Positions 35,620 to 48,900 of a DNA stretch of 64,000 nucleotides are shown in pieces; the first letter of the stretch is position 1, and each line of letters opens with the position of its first letter. Location: NCBI GenBank assembly GCA_004431415.1, contig QPMI01000206.1, positions 111,446 to 175,445 on the forward strand, in the 5' to 3' direction. The position numbers and the translations under genes are program-made. The stretch is from Cyanophora paradoxa CCMP329. Taxonomy: Eukaryota > Plantae > Glaucophyta. A model generated the notes under the pieces. It searched no databases. It was not told the origin of the DNA and worked only from the letters and a program-made list of their open reading frames with translations.

Positions 35620-37316
35620 ATGGCCGCCGCGCCGCCCCCCGCTCAGCCCGCGGCCGCGGCCGCCGCGCCGCCACTTCAGGACTCCTCCGTCGGGCCTTTT
35701 AAGCCGTGGAACATCATTGTGCCGGGGCTATCCTTGGGAGCGCTGGACCAGCGCTTCATCAACGTGTCCAACTCGGACGCACTTATGAACATCCTGAGGA
35801 TGAACCCGCTCGAGCTCCAAGGGAAGGCGGTTCTCTCGTCCAGGAACCCGAGCGACATCAACATCGCCACCAAAGGTCCGCGCCCCGTTCAGCGGTCGCG
35901 AGCCGCGGCGTGTGCATGCGGCGCCGGCGCCGGCCGCGGCCGACTGATGTACATGTCGTGCTCCGGATCGATATCCGCAAGTCCACTTGGTACATGTCCT
36001 AATGCGACGGCAGCGATTACTGGGAGACTCTTGCAAGCGAACAACAACATCCTGCTGTGCCCTGCGAAGACGGTGAGATCTACTATGCCATGATATCGAT
36101 GATAGACTGAGACCGACAGTTGCCTCCAATATTAAATTGATCGACATATTGTAGTACTCATGATCACGCATTTGATGTCCGACGTTCAGGTTATGGTGCC
36201 GATTCTAGGTCAGGCCACGATGTGGGGAAGGCCCGTGCAGGTTATCATGCAAACCGGCGGGATTCGGATGGCCGAGGACATCAAATTCTCGAAACAGGCC
36301 AGTGTGAACGTGGGACCCCAAGACGCTAGAGGGTATGAAGGCGGCAAGGATGAGCCCCTTGAAGCGTGCGTCTACTCATTGTCAATGTTGATGTCGTAGT
36401 GTCGATCGTGAGGGCTGCTGATGCTCGACCCCCTCCGCATGTACGTTTGCGCAGTTGGATGGAGGTGCGCTTGGATTGTACATGCGGGCCTAGCTATAGC
36501 CGGCGCCTAGCTTCGGGGGCCCATAATTATAAGCTCTGCTAGATCTAGCGTCGAGCTCTACGAATAAATATTAACGGGGCTAGCGCTGCGAATTATGATC
36601 ATCATGGCATGTACAAGCATGACGCCCCCCGCCCCCGCAGCACTCGCTCGCGTGCTGCCCCGAGGGGGCGCTCTACGCGACACCGCCCCCGGTGGTGACG
36701 AACACGAACGGGGGCTCGTCCGTGAACCCGCGACCGGTCTGCGTCATGAGGATCGCCGGGTCTGGCGCCGGCGCCGGCGGGTTTTCCATGAGTTTCGAGG
36801 ACGAAGTGCCCGGCGAGTTCGCGCGCAACGCCGCCGGCAGCACCCTCCTCCGGCTCGACGGCCCCCTCCAGGTCCGCCCCGCGATATATAGCTATTTTAT
36901 TTAGGCTAGCTCCGGCCCCCGGGTTGAGGCCCCCTTCCCCCCCCTCCCCCCCCCCCCCCTTTCCCCTTCCCCCCCTCCCGCCCCCGCCCCGCCCCCTCCC
37001 CCCTCTCCCCCACCCCCCGCGCGCGCAGGCCTACAGCGCCGACGCCGGCGCCGAGGCCGCCGGGGCGCCCCTCGCTGACGTGCGCGGCACCGACGCCCCT
37101 CGCCCTCGCCCTCGAGCTCGAGCTCGCTGCCCCGCGCCCGCCTCTCAAACTCAGGCTTGGGGGCAGGTCCTCGGCATGGACGGCGCCGACGCCGACGCGG
37201 CGGACGTCGACGCCGGCGCTTCTCCCGCCGCGTTTGATTTCGAATTCGCGGGGGCCGAGGGACACGATGGCGCCGGCTTCCTCGCCGCCCACACCGGCCC
37301 CGAGCACCTCCTGTAG
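35620..37316 (+). CDS. Hypothetical multi-exon protein, no recognised family
   Basis: ATG 35620 gives MAAAPPPAQ...GPFKPWNIIVPGLSLG.... Further coding-like segments lie at ~36191-36365, ~36641-36871 and ~37029-37316 (stop), bounded by GT/AG sites. Internal splice pattern uncertain. Confidence 0.55.
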
Positions 37317-37531
37317 ACGTCAATGCATCGTCGGCATCGGGGAGCCCGGTGGCCGCTCCCCATTGCGATCAGCATGCGCAGCGCTGGTTGTGTAAGTTTG
37401 GATTGCAATTGAATTCGAATTCGAAGCTCAAGGCCACGGTAAATCTAGACGTTAATCTAAAGTTCACATAGCACATGCGGGCACATAGATCTAGAGGGAG
37501 GTAAGAGATAGCCTTAAGGTCCGGCGCCGGC

Positions 37532-38794
37532 TCACAGCTTGGGCTGAGGCGCAATGCGGCGGGTCCAGTCGACGAGGGCCTGCGGGGTACAGGAGGCTCG
37601 GGAGAGCTCGGGTACAGGAGCGCGCTCTGGCGGGGTACCGCACCTGGACGAGCGCCGAGACCTGGCCGTCGACCATCTCGGAGGGGAGGTCGCCTGTGGG
37701 AGTACAGCGTCAGTCCAAGGGGGGTGGGGGGAGCAGGAGCTGGGGGGTACCGTTGGCGTCGGCGTTGTCCTTGCCGCCGGCAAAGCGCTGGATGGCGACC
37801 TCGGGCTTGTTGATGGGGTGCACGTTGAGGAACACCAGGATCTGGCGCTGAGGGCGGGGTACGGGCGATCGGAGGGGGGGTACGGCGCGCTCGGAGGCGA
37901 CGGGGTGCGGCGAACCAGGTGGTACTGGCCGCGAGCTGTGGGGGGAAAAGGGCGGGATGAGGGGCGTAAGGGGGGACAAGAAAGGGGCGCGGATAGAGGG
38001 GGTACACTCACATCCGCCCAGGCCGCCGCCGACGCTCTGGCGGGGCGGGAACACTGCTGTAAGCAATCGCGGGCGGCCCAAGCGCGCTGCTCTGAAAGGC
38101 GAGAGGGGGGGTACGCGCACCATGATGGCCGCCGGCTTGTCGAAGAGGGGGTGCGTCTTCGCGGGGGCGTAGGTCCGGCTCGCCCAGTCGATGAAGTTCT
38201 GCAGCGGGGCGGGGCGGGGCGGGCTGAGCACCGCTGGCACGGGGCCGAACCCGAGCAAGTACAGCCTCGAACCTTCATCGGCGTGGCAACCGAGTAGTTG
38301 TACTCTAAATTCGAGGCCGCACGCGCGGGCGCGCGGGATCAGCTAGCGTTCAAGCTGTCTCGAGCTCGACGCGCACCGGGGGAGGCGAGGAGGAGGGCGT
38401 CTGCGCTGTCGATTTTCGCGCGCATTTCCAAAACCGGCTGGGGCACGTTCGGCTCCAGGTCCGGGTTGAAGAGCGGGAGCGACGAAATGTCCAGAATTTC
38501 GACCTCCGCGCCTGCGCACGCCGCCGTCCCGCGCGCGCGGCCTCAGCGACGCGAGTGCTGCTGGCGGAGATGAGAAGACGCACCCGCCGGGCACAGCCGC
38601 TGCGCCACGCGGAGCAGGCCGAGGTTGGGGCTCGCCTGCGCGCGTGCCGAAGCATCATGAGTGACGACCGCGCGGGACCGGAGGACTCTCCACGTGCTAG
38701 CGCGGAGCTGTTGGGGCTGCTGGAGCCCCGCGCGCGCGGCGCTTGCCTTGCGAAGCGACCCGCAAACGCCGACGATCTTGAGGGTCTTCGACAT
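37532..38794 (-). CDS. NAD(P)H-dependent FMN reductase / quinone reductase (flavodoxin-like, ChrR/NQR/Lot6 family)
   Basis: Spliced product MSKTLKIVGVCGSLRKASPN...LPLFNPDLE...ADALLLASPEYNYSVATPMKNFIDWASR...KPAAIMSVGGGLGGSRGQYHLRQILVFLNVHPINKPE...PQPKL*. Confidence 0.92.
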
Positions 38795-39037
38795 CGTTCC
38801 GAACTGCTATGTGGAAGCTGCTGATGTGTCCCTTTCGCAAGTTTTGAGCTGCGCCACCTCAACGCGCTATGTCTGTTGCAATTGACGACTCTGACGACTC
38901 AGTGACGACCGCAGCGGGAGTACAGCATTTCGAGGCTGCCTAGATCGAGTCGCCGCGCCCACAACACGGATCAGAACTGGTAACCGAACCCGCAGCAAAC
39001 CTCGCGTAACTGCCTGAATCGCCCGCCGCAGACCTCG

Positions 39038-41171
39038 ATGAGCTCGACCCCGCACCCACCGCTGTTCCACGAAGTCGGCTGCAGCTGCAGCCGATGTATA
39101 GTGCTGAAAGCGTCCAGCAAACCAGCGGCGGTCGAGGAGCGCGAGTCAGCCGCAGCTGCAGAGCTCCCATACGCATCCGCGGACGTTTCCATCGCCAGCG
39201 ATCCAGCCGCAGCCGAGGACACGCCGGCTGCGCATGCGGTGGAAGAGCCGATGGGCTTCGCCCGCCTGCCGGTTGAGCTGCTCGCCCGCGTCCTGTCGTT
39301 CCTCCCGTTCGAGAAAGCGTGGCGGCTCCGGGGGGTCAGCAAGCTGTGGCGTTCGGCGGCCGAGGGTGCAGAATGCGAAACAGTGAAGCTGGGCGGCAGC
39401 CGGATCGCTAGCTCGAAACCAGATGCGGCCGGCAAATCGCTCGCCGAGCTTAACGCGTTCACGGCCCTGGCGAAGAAGAAGGACTTGAGGCGTCATATGC
39501 GCTCAGCCTGCATTGATATCTATGCGGGACCGCACTTGAGCCTCTCTGAGGAGGGCGAGGACCGCGAAGAGGAGGCAGCGCGGGCGCGAACAGCTGTCCT
39601 GCGGCTCGTCGCGGCCGCCTGCGGCGCCCTCGCCGCCATCACACCTTCCGCCGAGATTCTCGCCAGCAGCAGCGCCGAGCAGCTCCCTTCGCCTTGGCGG
39701 CAGCAGCGGGACCTCGAGGTCACGCTCTTTCTGGATGATCCCTCCAACGACGACCTGGACGAGATCTTTCCGGCGAGCGAGGACCTGGCGCAGTCGTTCG
39801 TCCTCGGCGTCCTGTCGGCCCTGCGGCCCCTCCCAGCCGGGGCGGCGCCCCGGCCCGCAGCAGCGCCGGCGAGCCCAGCCGAGAGCCTCAAAATCGACGT
39901 GTTCCGCGACGATGACACCTGGCGGCCCTGGACACCGGACGCCGACGTTCTGCGCACCTTCCTCGCCCCGTTCTCCAAGCTGCGCGCCTTGGAGCTCGGT
40001 CAGCCCCGCAGCGCCGCCTCTGCCTCTGCCGGGTCGCCTCTCGCCTTCTCACCCGCCTCCACAGGTTATGATGCCTGCAAGATCACAGCAGCCGCGGCCG
40101 CAGCGATCGCGGAGTGCTGCTCTCGGCTTTCCGCCATCAATCTCCAGCCGAGCGACGCAGAGGCCATCGGAGAGCTGGCCGCGCTGCCTCTGGAGAGGCT
40201 CATCGTCAACCTTGCACCCCGAACGCGGTTCTCGGGAAGCATCGCGCGTCTGGGGGCGGGCCGTGCCGCGCAGACTCTGGAGGACATCTGGGTGGAGTAC
40301 GTGGACCGGACTCATGAGATCGGCTCGGACGATCTGCGCGCCCTGCCCCGCTTCCTAAAACTCGAGAGCTTCCGCACTGTGCTGGTGCGTGTGGTTCTCC
40401 ACCGCCGCGCTTTCTTTTCTGCGGGCTGCTCTCTGGTCGCGACCCCGCGGCAGCTCGACGCCGACCACGTGTCGCGGGATGACGTCGCATGCCTCGGGGC
40501 CGTGCCAAAGCTGCGGGAGCTGCATTTGAGGGTCCCGCGGGGCGCAGCCGACTCGGTGACCGCCGTACTGCGCGGTCTTGCCGACGCACTCCGAGCATCC
40601 CCTTCACTCCACATAGTTCATTTGAACGTCCCCTGTAAGCGCCCGGCCCCTAGCTACGTGGCCTGCCGGGCCCGGAGCCTCCCTGCCTCCGTCTCATGCG
40701 CTTGCGTGCGGCAGCGGCGAATCCAGACGGACCCGAGCTGACAGATCTCGTGTCGGCGGCGAGTCGTCTCAAGCACCTGCGCCTGAAGATCGACGTGGGG
40801 CGCGCCCTCACCGCAGCGGAGGCGGAGACCCTCGCGTCCCTCCGCGTCCGCGCGCGCGCAGAAGTCAGCGTCAGCTGTACGGCCGCCACCCTCGCCGACG
40901 TGCTGGCCTTCCAGGTCCCCTCCGCCCCCTCTTGCCTTGCCCGCGGCCGTGGCCTCGGCCCACCTCTCCCGCCCCAACGCAGGTGCTTGTGCGGGCGCCG
41001 GAGCGCGAGGTGGAGCAGCGGGGTAAACACTTCCGCAGCGTCAGCACAAGCATGACAACATTCCATGTTGCTGTGCCCGACGACGGGGTGCGCGAGATCG
41101 CGCAGAGCCTCGTCGCCGCCTGGCTCCCGCCCTCGTCCGGCGTTTCCATCAAATTCAGCGAGGCTACTTGA
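39038..41171 (+). CDS. F-box protein with degenerate LRR-like C-terminal region
   Basis: F-box FARLPVELLARVLSFLPFEKAWRLRGVSKLWR, followed by LxxLxL-type segments (KLRALELG, KLRELHL, RLKHLRL). The last exon ends at TGA 41169-41171. Confidence 0.8.
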
Positions 41172-41487
41172 GTTTCTTCAGCACGCGCATAGCGCTTTGT
41201 TCGGCTGCTTGTTAGTGACTGCGTCCGAACGTGGGCTGCTGCAACCCGCGCTTGCGCATGCAATTGCACACGTGCACGCACGAGCTCGAGCGGACATCCC
41301 TCCCTAGGCTTGGCGCCGGCCGGCGCGACCCGACGTTGACTGGCGGCTCGGCTCCCCCGCGGCTCGGCCCCCACCCACCCACGCGCGGCGCGGCAACGTG
41401 CACGTGCTCCAAAGAGGGCGGCCCCTCGTGGTGTTGGCGCTCGCAGAGGAGCAGGGAGGGAGGGGGCGGGGGCGGGCGGGCGGGGGC

Positions 41488-43647
<2,160 letters not shown>

Positions 43648-43890
43648 CTTCAGAATCAAGGGGGGCTACACGAACTGAGAGAAGGGGTAGGAGCCGCACA
43701 GGGTTACCAGCAAAAACCTAGTTCGAACCAAAACCACGCGCAGCAGGCTAGCAGCCAGCGAATAGCGCCGGGAACAGACAGAGGAGTCAGCAGGCGGGGC
43801 GACTCACCCCTCCCGCAGCCGGTCGGCAGGAAAGGAGCGGTCTCTTCGAACGCTTGCAGCGGGTCGTGCCCCGCACCGTAGTCAGCAAAG

Positions 43891-45486
43891 ATGATGCAGA
43901 AAAAGCGCAAAGCGGCCGAGAAGGAGAAGGACGCCGACAAGGAGAACCAAGCAGAATCCGCCGTCGTGCAACAGTCCAACGATGAGGAGGAGAACGGCAA
44001 GATCTGGCAGTGCATAGATAAGCTTGAGGTGCTTGATGCGCTGACTCGCAACCCGCTTGCGCCCTGAAAGGCGCCTTCAGGGCAACGGCATCAACAAGGC
44101 CGACCTCACCAAGCTGCGGGAGCAGGGCTTCTACACGGTCGAGTCTATCGCGTTCGCGACCAAGAAAGCGCTTGTTGAGGTCAAGGGCATCAGCGAGGCG
44201 AAGGCGGACAAGCTCCTGGCCGAGGGCACGCCCGCTCGCCCGTGCGCTGTTTTTCTGATGCCGGGAGCTCACAACGCGCGCAGCGAAGAAGTACGTGCCG
44301 ATGGGCTTCGTAACCGCGACGGAGATGGCGCAAAAGATGCAGGACACGCTCAAAATCACGACAGGCTCGACTGAGCTCGACAAGTTGCTCGAGGGTGCAC
44401 TTTCGCCGCCCTCTGTCGTGCGGCTTCCTCCCACGCTCACGCTCCCCAACACAGGCGGGATCGAGACGGGTTCCATTACCGAGATTTTTGGTGAATTCCG
44501 CACGGGGAAGACGCAGCTCTGCCACATGCTCTGCGTGACCTGCCAGGCGCCCGCCCCGCCCCACGGCGCCCGCGGCGCTCGCTGAAGCGCTCTCCTTCTC
44601 GCCCGCAGCTCGCCATTGAGGCAAACGGCGGCGAGGGCAAGGCCCTCTACATCGACACGGAAGGCACCTTCCGCCCGCAGCGCCTCACATCCATCGCCGA
44701 GCGGTCCGCATCTGCGCACGCAGGCCTGCGCGTGTCGCGGTCCCCGATTCGCGCGGCAGATTCGGCCTAACCCCCGAGGACGTGCTGGAGAACGTGGCCT
44801 ACGCGAAGGCGCACAACTCGGACCACCAGATGCAGCTTTTGATCCAGGCCTCCGCCATGATGTCCGAGTCCCGGTGCGGCCCTCTCCGCCCCGCAACCCT
44901 TACCGAAGCGCTTTGCGAGCGAGCGCGCGTGCAGGTACGCGCTCCTGGTCGTGGACAGCGCGACGGCGCTGTACCGGACGGACTACACGGGCCGCGGGGA
45001 GCTGGCGGCGCGGCAGGTCCACCTCGCGCGCTTCATGCGTCAGCTCGCGAGCATCGCGAACCAGGTGCTTTTCCCTCTTCGCGCGCCCTGCCCCGCCGTG
45101 CCTCACGCTCTCCGGGCAGTACGGCGTGGCGGTCGTCATCACGAACCAGGTCGTGGCGCAGGTCGACGGCGGCGCCATGTTCCAGGCACGCCCCGCTTGC
45201 TGGGCCGGGTGTTGTCGCCGCCGCCTCTGACCCGGCTGCTGCGCAGGCGGACGCCAAGAAGCCCATCGGCGGCAACATCATCGCGCACGCATCCACCACG
45301 CGGTGCTTCCCTCTCCGCCGGCGCGCGCCGCGCTCTCGGCGCCCTGACTCCTTGGGCAGGCTTTCCCTGCGGAAGGGCCGCGGCGAGGCGCGCATCTGCA
45401 AGATCTACGACTCGCCGTGCCTGCCGGAGAGCGAGGCGGCGTTCTCCATCAGCGCGGACGGCATCGGCGACGTCAAGTCCGACTAG
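43891..45486 (+). CDS. RAD51: DNA repair recombinase RAD51 (10 exons)
   Basis: Fully spliceable in frame: [30 protein letters not shown] (Walker A), [16 protein letters not shown] (Walker B), [36 protein letters not shown]. ARQxHL and GGNII favour RAD51 over DMC1. Confidence 0.96.
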
Positions 45487-45920
45487 CCTGGCAGGCGCGT
45501 CAGCTTAGACAGAAGAAGAGTACCAGAGCAGAACCAAACCTAGCGCATAGTGCAGGGTAGCGTACGGATAGCTTATACAGTTGCAGCTCCGTGAACCAAA
45601 CAGACGAAACCGAAACGCATAACGAGGCGACGCGCGCGAGGGTGAACGTTACACTTTGCGGCGCCATGTTAAGCTTGCGCGCGGGTGCTGGATCCGAATA
45701 TATCGATATCGATTCTATAGCTAGATCTAGATCTGGAAACATTTGATCGCCGTCGTTCAGCTGTACCCCTAAAGCAGAGTACCAGCCAGGAGCCTCGTAG
45801 GCGGACGCTGCGCCTAGCATCTCGTCTAGTGTGGAGAGCATAGTTTGCCCGGAGCGACGCTGTCAAACCGCCACTCTGGTACCGACGGGTTGGGTCCAAA
45901 GAGCCTGGTCGAGGTTCCCG

Positions 45921-48900
45921 ATGGCAGCGCCCGGCCGGGGCGCAACGCCCCGACTGGCAGCTCTCGCGACATGCTTCATTGCAGTACTCTTAGCCTCGAG
46001 CGTCGCGCCAGCGCGAGCAGCACTCGATGCCGACCTCCTAAGCGATCTAGAGTCCACGCTGCAGGAGTCGGCAAGTAGGAGCCTGAACTTCGACAGCGAC
46101 CCTTACGACTGTACAGCATGCGGCAACTCGTTCGGTGTCATCGACTTCGCGGGCAGGAAAATCGTGCGTGCCCGACCGCCCGCCCCGTCGCCAACCCGCA
46201 GGGGCTGAGCCTGCCGGCCTGCGCGGCGCAGATGACGTCGGGAGGGCTTCGCTCGGACAAGCCGGCGGACGTGGCGGTGCCCCCGCAGCCCGGCCCATGC
46301 TGCCCTGGCCCGCGCCCGCTCACGGCTCGTGGCAGATCAAGACGTGGAACGTCAACGAGACATCCACGTTCTTCATCCATCTCCGCAACGTGAACCCGAA
46401 CACGATGAACACGATCCAGCGGATCATCGGCTACCGTGCGCCTGCCCGCCGCTCCCGCCGCGCCGTCGCGGCGCGCCGCCGCCGCCGCCGCCGCCGACGC
46501 CGCCGCCCGCGCGCAGCGCTGACGGACTACATCCCGGACAACACGTTCCTGTTCACGGCGAAGGGCCAGCTGGCGACGGATCTCGTCACGGCGGGGATCC
46601 AGGGTCTCTTCGTTGGCCGCCTCGTCGCCGGCCTCAAGGCCCGCCGCCCCGCCCCGCGCTCCCGCCCCGGCTCCGCCCCGCTCACCCCCGCCCAGCTCTC
46701 CGATGCCCTCAACCTCGCCGCCGCCAGCACCACCGCTCCCGACCGCCGCGGCCTCCGGCGCGCCCCGCCCCTCCCCGCCGCGCCCCGAAGCCGCCGCCGC
46801 CGCTCACCCCCGCGGCAGGGGTACCGCACTGGACACGGGCTTCACGAGCGTACCCTCCACGCTCCTCATCAGCATCGCCCCCCCGGAGCGCTCCGAAGTC
46901 GAGGTGCCCCTACCCCCCGCCGGGCGACGGGGGCGCGGCCGACCCGCGGCGGCGCGGCAGATGAGCGGCATCACGTCCGTCTGGGTGGACAAGATGAAGT
47001 CCATCTTCGGCCCGACGCAGCGCGAGGGCCTCAGCACCACGTGCGCCGTGCTCCAGCGCGCGCGTACCCCCCGCGTCTTTCGACCGGCGTACCCCCGCGT
47101 CTTTCGACCGGCGTACCCCCCGCAGCATCGTAGACAGGAAGTCGGTCTTCCTGAATCTGCCCAAGAGCACCTCGCCCGACCAGTGCGCCGTTCCTCCCGC
47201 CGCGACCCCTCGCGCTCGCCCCTCACCGCGTACCCCCCTGCAGGCTCAACAGCGTGCTCTCCAAGGTCCTCGTGACCGACTACAACGTTGCCTACGTGGA
47301 CGTGCGCCGCGCAGCTGTACCCCCCGGCGCATCGCCCCCTCTCAAACGAGCGCGCCCCGCCGCAGAGGAGGCCGCAGTTCGGCCCCCCGCGGCCGCAGAC
47401 GCAGACGCAGACCGCACGGCAGCTCCTGAACGAGGTACCCCCGCTCCGCAGATCCAGTGCCGAGCCGCCCCGAGCCGAGCCGCGCCCCCGCAGAACTCGG
47501 CCGGCGTGGTCCAGACCGGGACCGTGGGGCAGACCGCCATCTGGAAGCGGGGCCTGACCGGCGCGAATCAGGCGCGCCCGTACCCCCACCTCCCCATAGG
47601 GCTCACCGCTCCTTTCTAAATCGCGCACCCCCTCAGCTCATCGGCATCGGCGACTCGGGCATCGACTGGGATAACTGTGCGCCCTCTCCCCTCCGCCCCG
47701 CCCCGCCGCGCGTCCGGCGTGCCCCTTACCCCGCCCCAGGCTACTTCCAGGACAAGAGCGGGACCACCGTACCCCCGCCCTTCTGGGTGGACTCGTCCAG
47801 CAAGCCCGACCTGAACGCCCCGAAGGTGGGCGCCGCACCCCCTCCTCTCTTCTCGCCCCATCCCGCCTGATGCGGCGTGCCTCAGATCGCGCTCTACATC
47901 CCGTACTCGTCGAAGAGCTACCGGGGGGCGGCGGTGCAGGCGCGGGGCGACACGCTGAGCGAGGGCCACGGGACGCACGTCGCCGGCAGCGCGGCCGGCA
48001 ACGGCCTCCGCGACGGCTACGGCAGGGGCATGGCCTACGACGCCAAGGCCCGCCCCCCGCCCCGCCCCGCCCCCTTCCCCCTGACCTGACCCCCTCTCCA
48101 GATCGTCTTCAGCGACTTCGGCCCGACGGAGGACGTGCGGCCTTCCCCCCTCACTGCCCCCCCCTTCCCTCTTCGTTCTCACGAGCCGAGCGCGCCCCGC
48201 AGCAATACGGGCCCGTACCCGGTGACCTCACCTTCCCCACCGCCTACGCCGCCGGCGCCCGCATCCACTCCAACTCGTGCGCCGTACCCCCGCCTCCTCC
48301 CTGCCCCGCCCTCCGCCCCCGCCGTGACGCGGTGTGGGCAGCTGGGGCTGCTACAACCCGAACCCCGCGGTGGACCCGGCAGCCTGCAACACCTACTCGG
48401 GCGACGCGCGCAAGGTGAAGGGGGGCGGCGCAAGAGGGGGCGGCCGAGGTTCCAAACCAAACGCTGACCCCGCCGGCAGGTGGACGCCTTCGTGTGGGAG
48501 AACCCCGACTTCCTCGTGCTCTTCGCCGCCGGCAACGACGGCCAGTACCGTGCGCCCGGACGAGGAGAAGGCCAGACGCGGCGCGCCTCTTCGTTACCTG
48601 AGAGGGCGGCGCAGCGGGGGAGACGCTGGGGAGCCCGGCGACCTGCAAGAACTGCCTGGCCGTCGGCGCCATCTCGGCCACCACGGGCCTCATGGCCAAG
48701 TTCTCCTCCCGGGGGTACGGCGTCACCGATCGCATCAAGCCCGACCTCGTCGCCCCGGGCTCCCAGATCGAGTCGGCCCGCTCCGACGGCAACACCGGCT
48801 CCAACAACTGCGACAGTGCGCCGCGCCCGCCCGCCCGCCCGCCCGCCCGCCCGCCCGCCCGCGCCCCGCGGCGGCATCGCTGAGAGCGCCCCGCGCGCAG

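Noticed and set aside
45500-45841. 113-aa minus-strand ORF between RAD51 and the subtilase
   Set aside because: GTG start, palindromic intergenic-type composition, no introns, and no recognisable motif.
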